Assembly: GCA_965112735.1 (NCBI GenBank)
Contig: OZ218953.1
Coordinates: 2,418,001 to 2,482,000, forward strand
Reading direction: 5' to 3'
DNA: 64,000 nucleotides
Source: Phaeosaccion multiseriatum
Lineage: Eukaryota > Protista > Ochrophyta, other classes
Position numbers and translations under genes: made by a program. The notes beneath the pieces were generated by a model that saw nothing but the letters and a program-made list of their open reading frames with translations, did no database searches and was not told the origin of the DNA. This document shows, piece by piece, positions 59,548-64,000 of this stretch; within the stretch, counting starts at the first letter, position 1, and each line of letters opens with the position of its first letter.

Positions 59548-59865
59548 CTACGTGTCTGCGATGCTGGGCACCTCGTATCCCGCCTCGGCCATGGCAGCTT
59601 TCATGGCCTGCACATCCTCGGGCTTGTCCAGCTTGCACGCCAGAATGGCGTCGATGAAGGAATGGCGCGTAGGACGGATGCCCACCTGTCGCATCTTGTC
59701 CATGAGCTTCAGCAGCACCCCGATCTCTCTGTTGCGGTAGCAGGCACGGACCGCAAAGCCGTAGCTCAGGGCGTCTGGCGTGAGTCCTTTACTTCTCACC
59801 CGCTCAAAGAGGCTCAGCACACCGGCGAGGTCTCGCGTTTGGGCGCATGCATTCATCACGCTGAG

Positions 59866-59907
<42 letters not shown>

Positions 59908-61352
59908 GTGCGTTTGTGTGCGTGTGTGTGTGTGTGTGCGTTTGTGTGCGTGTGTGTGTGTGTGCGTGTGTGTGTCGCATACCGAAGGGGAGGGGAGAGG
60001 AGGAAGGAAGGAAGAGAAAGTGAGAAGGACAGGGAGTGCGAAGGAGCAGCAGCAGCACCAACCAACCCAAACAAGACAAAAAGGCAACACAAGAGCACAC
60101 GTCAGGCAAGTACGCAAGGCCGCCGGCCGAAAATCAGTCTCTCACCAGTTGTATGCCACAATGTCGAGATCCTCCTTGCGAAGATCACTGCTGCTGCCCC
60201 CCTCTCCCTCCTCTGCGGCCCCCTCCATCTCTGTGAGCAGCTCGAGCGCCTCTGCTGACATGCCCGTACGCGCAAAGGCGTCGAGCACCGCGGTGAAGCA
60301 GTGCACGTTGGGACGGGGTGAGGCACCAGCAGAAGCCCCCCCTTGCTGCATGCCGCGGAGGAGGCCAAGGGCCAGGTCAGGTTGGTAGGCTTTAGCGCAC
60401 GCGCTAATCGCGCCGCTGTAGCTCCACTACATACATAGAGATATATTTAGGTAGCCGCCGCAGTTGGTGGTACAGGGCAGGAGCAGTAGGTGATCCAAGT
60501 TTCGGCACAGCAAGCACACAAGAGAGCGACAGAGAGAGAGGGGGAGAGAATAAGAGATGCGATACTGTGAGGGAGTACAACGGTGGGGCAAGCAAGCCTT
60601 GAGCTTGGCGCTCGCTTTGAGGTACAGATGGATGCACACAAGAGGCATAGGCATTGGTGGATGGATCGGTCGAGCGATTGGGTCAGACAGACCTGATCCG
60701 GCCACAGCTCCCGGGCCTCTATCGAGTCCACTCCTCCCAGCTCCTCGGCCTCCGTCTTCATCTCCTCGAGCAGAGCCAGCGCCTCGGCATGAGCACCAGC
60801 CTGGGCAAAGAGAAGGTGCGAGTGGCACGTGGTAGCCAAGGGCGGGGAGGAGGGAGGGACGGAGTGAGAGAGTGTCGAGCAGGATGCGGCCGACAGGAGA
60901 GGGGGTCCCGGGGAGGACGAGGAGGAGGGGGGGGGGGGGTGGCAACAGTACTCATCCTCGTTGGGTAGGCTCGGACATGATCAAATCGAGGAGGGAAAGA
61001 CAAGATAAGCAACACAACGGTACGGTTCACACGAATCGATACATGAGCACAACTCGCCCCCGCGCACAACTCGCCCCCGCTCTCGTCCTCGCAACATCAC
61101 CCCCTCCTTACCTTGGCACAGGCGTTGATGGCGCTGTTGTACACCAGCCTGGAGGGCTGCATGCCTGTGTCCTTCATTCTCTGCAGCAGCTGCAAAGCCC
61201 CAACTTGCTGCCCCACCCCCACCTCTGCCTCCTTCTGCTCCGTCAGCTGCTGCTGCTCTTGCTCTTCTATCTTGCCTTTCGCGTCCTCGTCCTCCTCCTC
61301 GTCCTCGTCCTCCTCGTCGTCGTCGTCCTCCTCCTCCTCCTCCTCCTCCTCC

Positions 61353-61385
<33 letters not shown>

Positions 61386-63150
61386 TCCTCCTCCTCCTTC
61401 TCTTCTTCCTCGTCTTCTCCCTCTTCCTCCTCCTCCTCCTCCTCCTCCTCGTCCTCCTCCGCCTCCTCCTCCCCCCCCCCCTCCTCTTGAACCCCCACCT
61501 CCCCCCCCTCAACCTCTTCCTGTTCTCCTCCTCCCCCTCCTCCTTCTTCCTCACCGCCGACTGCCTGCCTCCCGCCATTTGCAAAAGCCGTAATGGCACA
61601 CACATACGATGTGGCGTCAGGCAGCACCAGCCCCAATCCTGTCTTTGCGTCCCCCTCCTCCTCCATCATATCGAGCAGCCGTAGAGCCAGCGCAGGCCGG
61701 CCCTTGATCGTGCCCCTGGCTTGGCTGCAGGCCGTAAGACAGCAATTGTACGTCAGCAGCCCAAAGCGGCGGCCATCCCTGTCTCTTCCACGCTCCTTGA
61801 GCACAGAGAGACACGTGTCATCGCTAAGGCCGCCGCGCACGCACGCACCGAACACGTACATATAGAAGGACTCGGGCGGGCATCCGCTATGTTGCGGATG
61901 TTGTTGCTGCTGCTGCTCCTCCTTTTGCGCCGACTGCTCCTCTTCTTCTTCTTCTTCTTCTTCTTCTTCTTCTTCTTCTTCTTCTTCTTCTTCTTCTTCT
62001 TGCTCTGGTTCAAGCTCCAGTCTCTCAAATCGCTTGCGGTACCTCTCCTTCTCCAGCCGCTCCTGCTCGTGCTCCCACGCCCGTCCCCGCCCCCGCCCCC
62101 GCTCCTGCCGTCGCTGCAATGCGCGCTCCTCCTGTTGCCGCCGCTGCCGCTGCTCCATGCTCCGCGTTTTGCTGTGCCACCCCTGCTGCAAGGCCAGCCT
62201 GCGCTGCTCGCCGGTGGGCTCTCCCCTCCACCACGCCTCGTCGAGCAGCCACAGCGCCAGCTCTCCCTCCCCCACCCTCTCGCAGCACTCTGCCGCCGCG
62301 AAGCAGGCCGAGCGGAAGGGGTGCTCTCCCCTTCTCCTCAGCACCTTCACCAGCTCCAACACCCCCGCAAAGTCCCGCAGCCTCGCCTGAGCAGAGATGG
62401 CCCCACTGAGCATCGCACAGTCCATCTTATCCATCAGCAGACTCCCTTCTTGTCCCCCACTCCGCTCCTCACTCTGCCCCCCACTCGGACCGCTAGGACC
62501 CGTAGTCCCTGCCACTCCTCCTCCTCCGCCCCCGCCTCCCCCTCCTACTTCTATATCCCATCCTCCTCCCGTCCTCCCTCCTCCCTCTTCTTGAGACTCC
62601 ACGGCCACTGCCGCTGCTGCCGCGTCCACCCCAGGCGCTTTCCCTTCCCCTTCCATGTCCCCTCCCTCCAGGCCTCCTTTGCCCTTCCCCTGCAGCCGCC
62701 GCAACAACGCTGAAGCTGTCTCACGTTGATTGGCCTTGGACGCGACCGTAAGTGCCGCCCGGAAGCAGTCTGACACCTGCTGGTCGCTAAACGTTCTAGC
62801 ATTACCCGCACTACCTCTCCCCCCTGCCCTCCCCTGGCCTTGACCCGCGCCCTCGCCCTCCCTGTATCGCTGCTGGCGGTTGCTGCGGGCGCCTTCCTCG
62901 AGCCGATCGAGCATCTGGAGGGCGGAGGCAGTGCGGCCAGAGGCGGCACAAGTGGTCATAACCACCCCCAGCGTGTAGTGCTCGGGTTGCAGCCCGTGCT
63001 CCTCCTCAAGCTCTGCCAGCAGCTGAAGGGCCTTGTCCGCCCTTCGGGGGCGAATACACGCCTCCAGGGCGCTGTTGTAGCAGCTCAGACTCGGCCTCAG
63101 TGGCTGGAAACCAGCCTCGCCCACATCATTCCTCGCCCTGCTACTCTGAC

Positions 63151-63184
<34 letters not shown>

Positions 63185-64000
63185 ACTGCTGCTGCTGCTC
63201 TCAAAGAAGCCATCTATATCCGCCCCAGCATCTGCTACTTCACGGGGGGTTTCAAGCCCCTCGCTTTGCTCTCCTCCCCCTTCTGTCTTGATCTCCCCCA
63301 CCTGCTCCCCCTGCTGCTGCTCTTGCCCTTCTTGCGACCCCTTCCCCCTTCCCTCTTTCTCCTCCTCCTGCTCCTCCTCCTCTGCCTCGCTCTTCTTGCC
63401 CTGCATCTGGTCCAGCAACGCGAAGGCTTCGTCCGATCTGCCCGCTCGGCTCAAGGCGCTAATCGCCGTCGAGTAGGACACCTGATCAGGCACCACACCC
63501 ACTCTTCGCATCCTCGACAGCAAGCGCCCGACGGTCGCCACGCAATCCTCCTCGTCACCCTCATCATAGCCCCTCGCCATTCCACCTCCAGCCTTCTCCT
63601 CCCACCCCCTCCCTCTTGCCTCCCCTCCCCGCCCCCGCGCCCTCCTGCCAGGCCCGGAAGAACAACGCGAATCCTCCGCTGCCCTCGCCCCCCCCCCTCG
63701 CCGGTCCTGCCGCTGCTTGCCGCCGGTCTGTCGGTCCTGTCGGTCCCTGTCTTTCTTGCGACGGTCCAGGAAGCAGCTGCAGGCGGCCAGCGCGTGGTTG
63801 TAGCAGAAAATGTCCGGCAGGATGTCCTTATTCTTACTGACAGGATGTGAACCTGCTGCTGCTGCTGGTGATGGCGACCCTCGCCCCCCCCTACCCCCTG
63901 CACTTGCTCCTCCTCCTGCTCCTCCTCCTCCTCTCCCTCCACCCCCCCTCCCGCGTAGGCTCTTCTCCATAAAATTAAGCGTCTTTACGGCCTCGCGGTA
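59548..64000 (-). CDS. Multi-exon PPR protein with large low-complexity insertions; 5' end outside the window
   Basis: Dispersed PPR motifs: [91 protein letters not shown]. In-phase introns at ~61111-60802, ~60693-60427 and ~60145-59862. Confidence 0.85.

Overview
Compact, intron-rich eukaryotic nuclear DNA, GC-rich and saturated with microsatellites. A bZIP-PAS transcription factor of the algal type suggests a photosynthetic stramenopile (inference). About 14 loci can be assembled through GT-AG introns. In order: FAM221-like (+, 5' truncated); a ~20 kb myristoylated EF-hand + triple-TAPE EML5/6-like gene (-); TauE/SafE transporter (+); frameshifted ankyrin + TK-like kinase pseudogene (-); TRM10 (+); bZIP-PAS (-); Raptor (+); organellar RF1 (+); unknown type-I membrane protein (-); intronless PPR gene with near-identical 105-bp repeats (-); nicotinamidase (+); UBE2S (-); SNRNP27 (+); a second PPR gene (-, 5' truncated). 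Most genes form tight head-to-head pairs. The most unexpected signal is a 13-bp motif, GTTGGTGRTACAG, usually embedded in CAG/CTG tracts. It recurs nine times in six unrelated genes, in exons, introns and a 3' flank. Other highlights are the TALE-like PPR array, the EF-hand/EML fusion, a Cys-less LOV-like PAS domain and an atypical RF1 codon-recognition loop. Exon boundaries were read by eye and are approximate.
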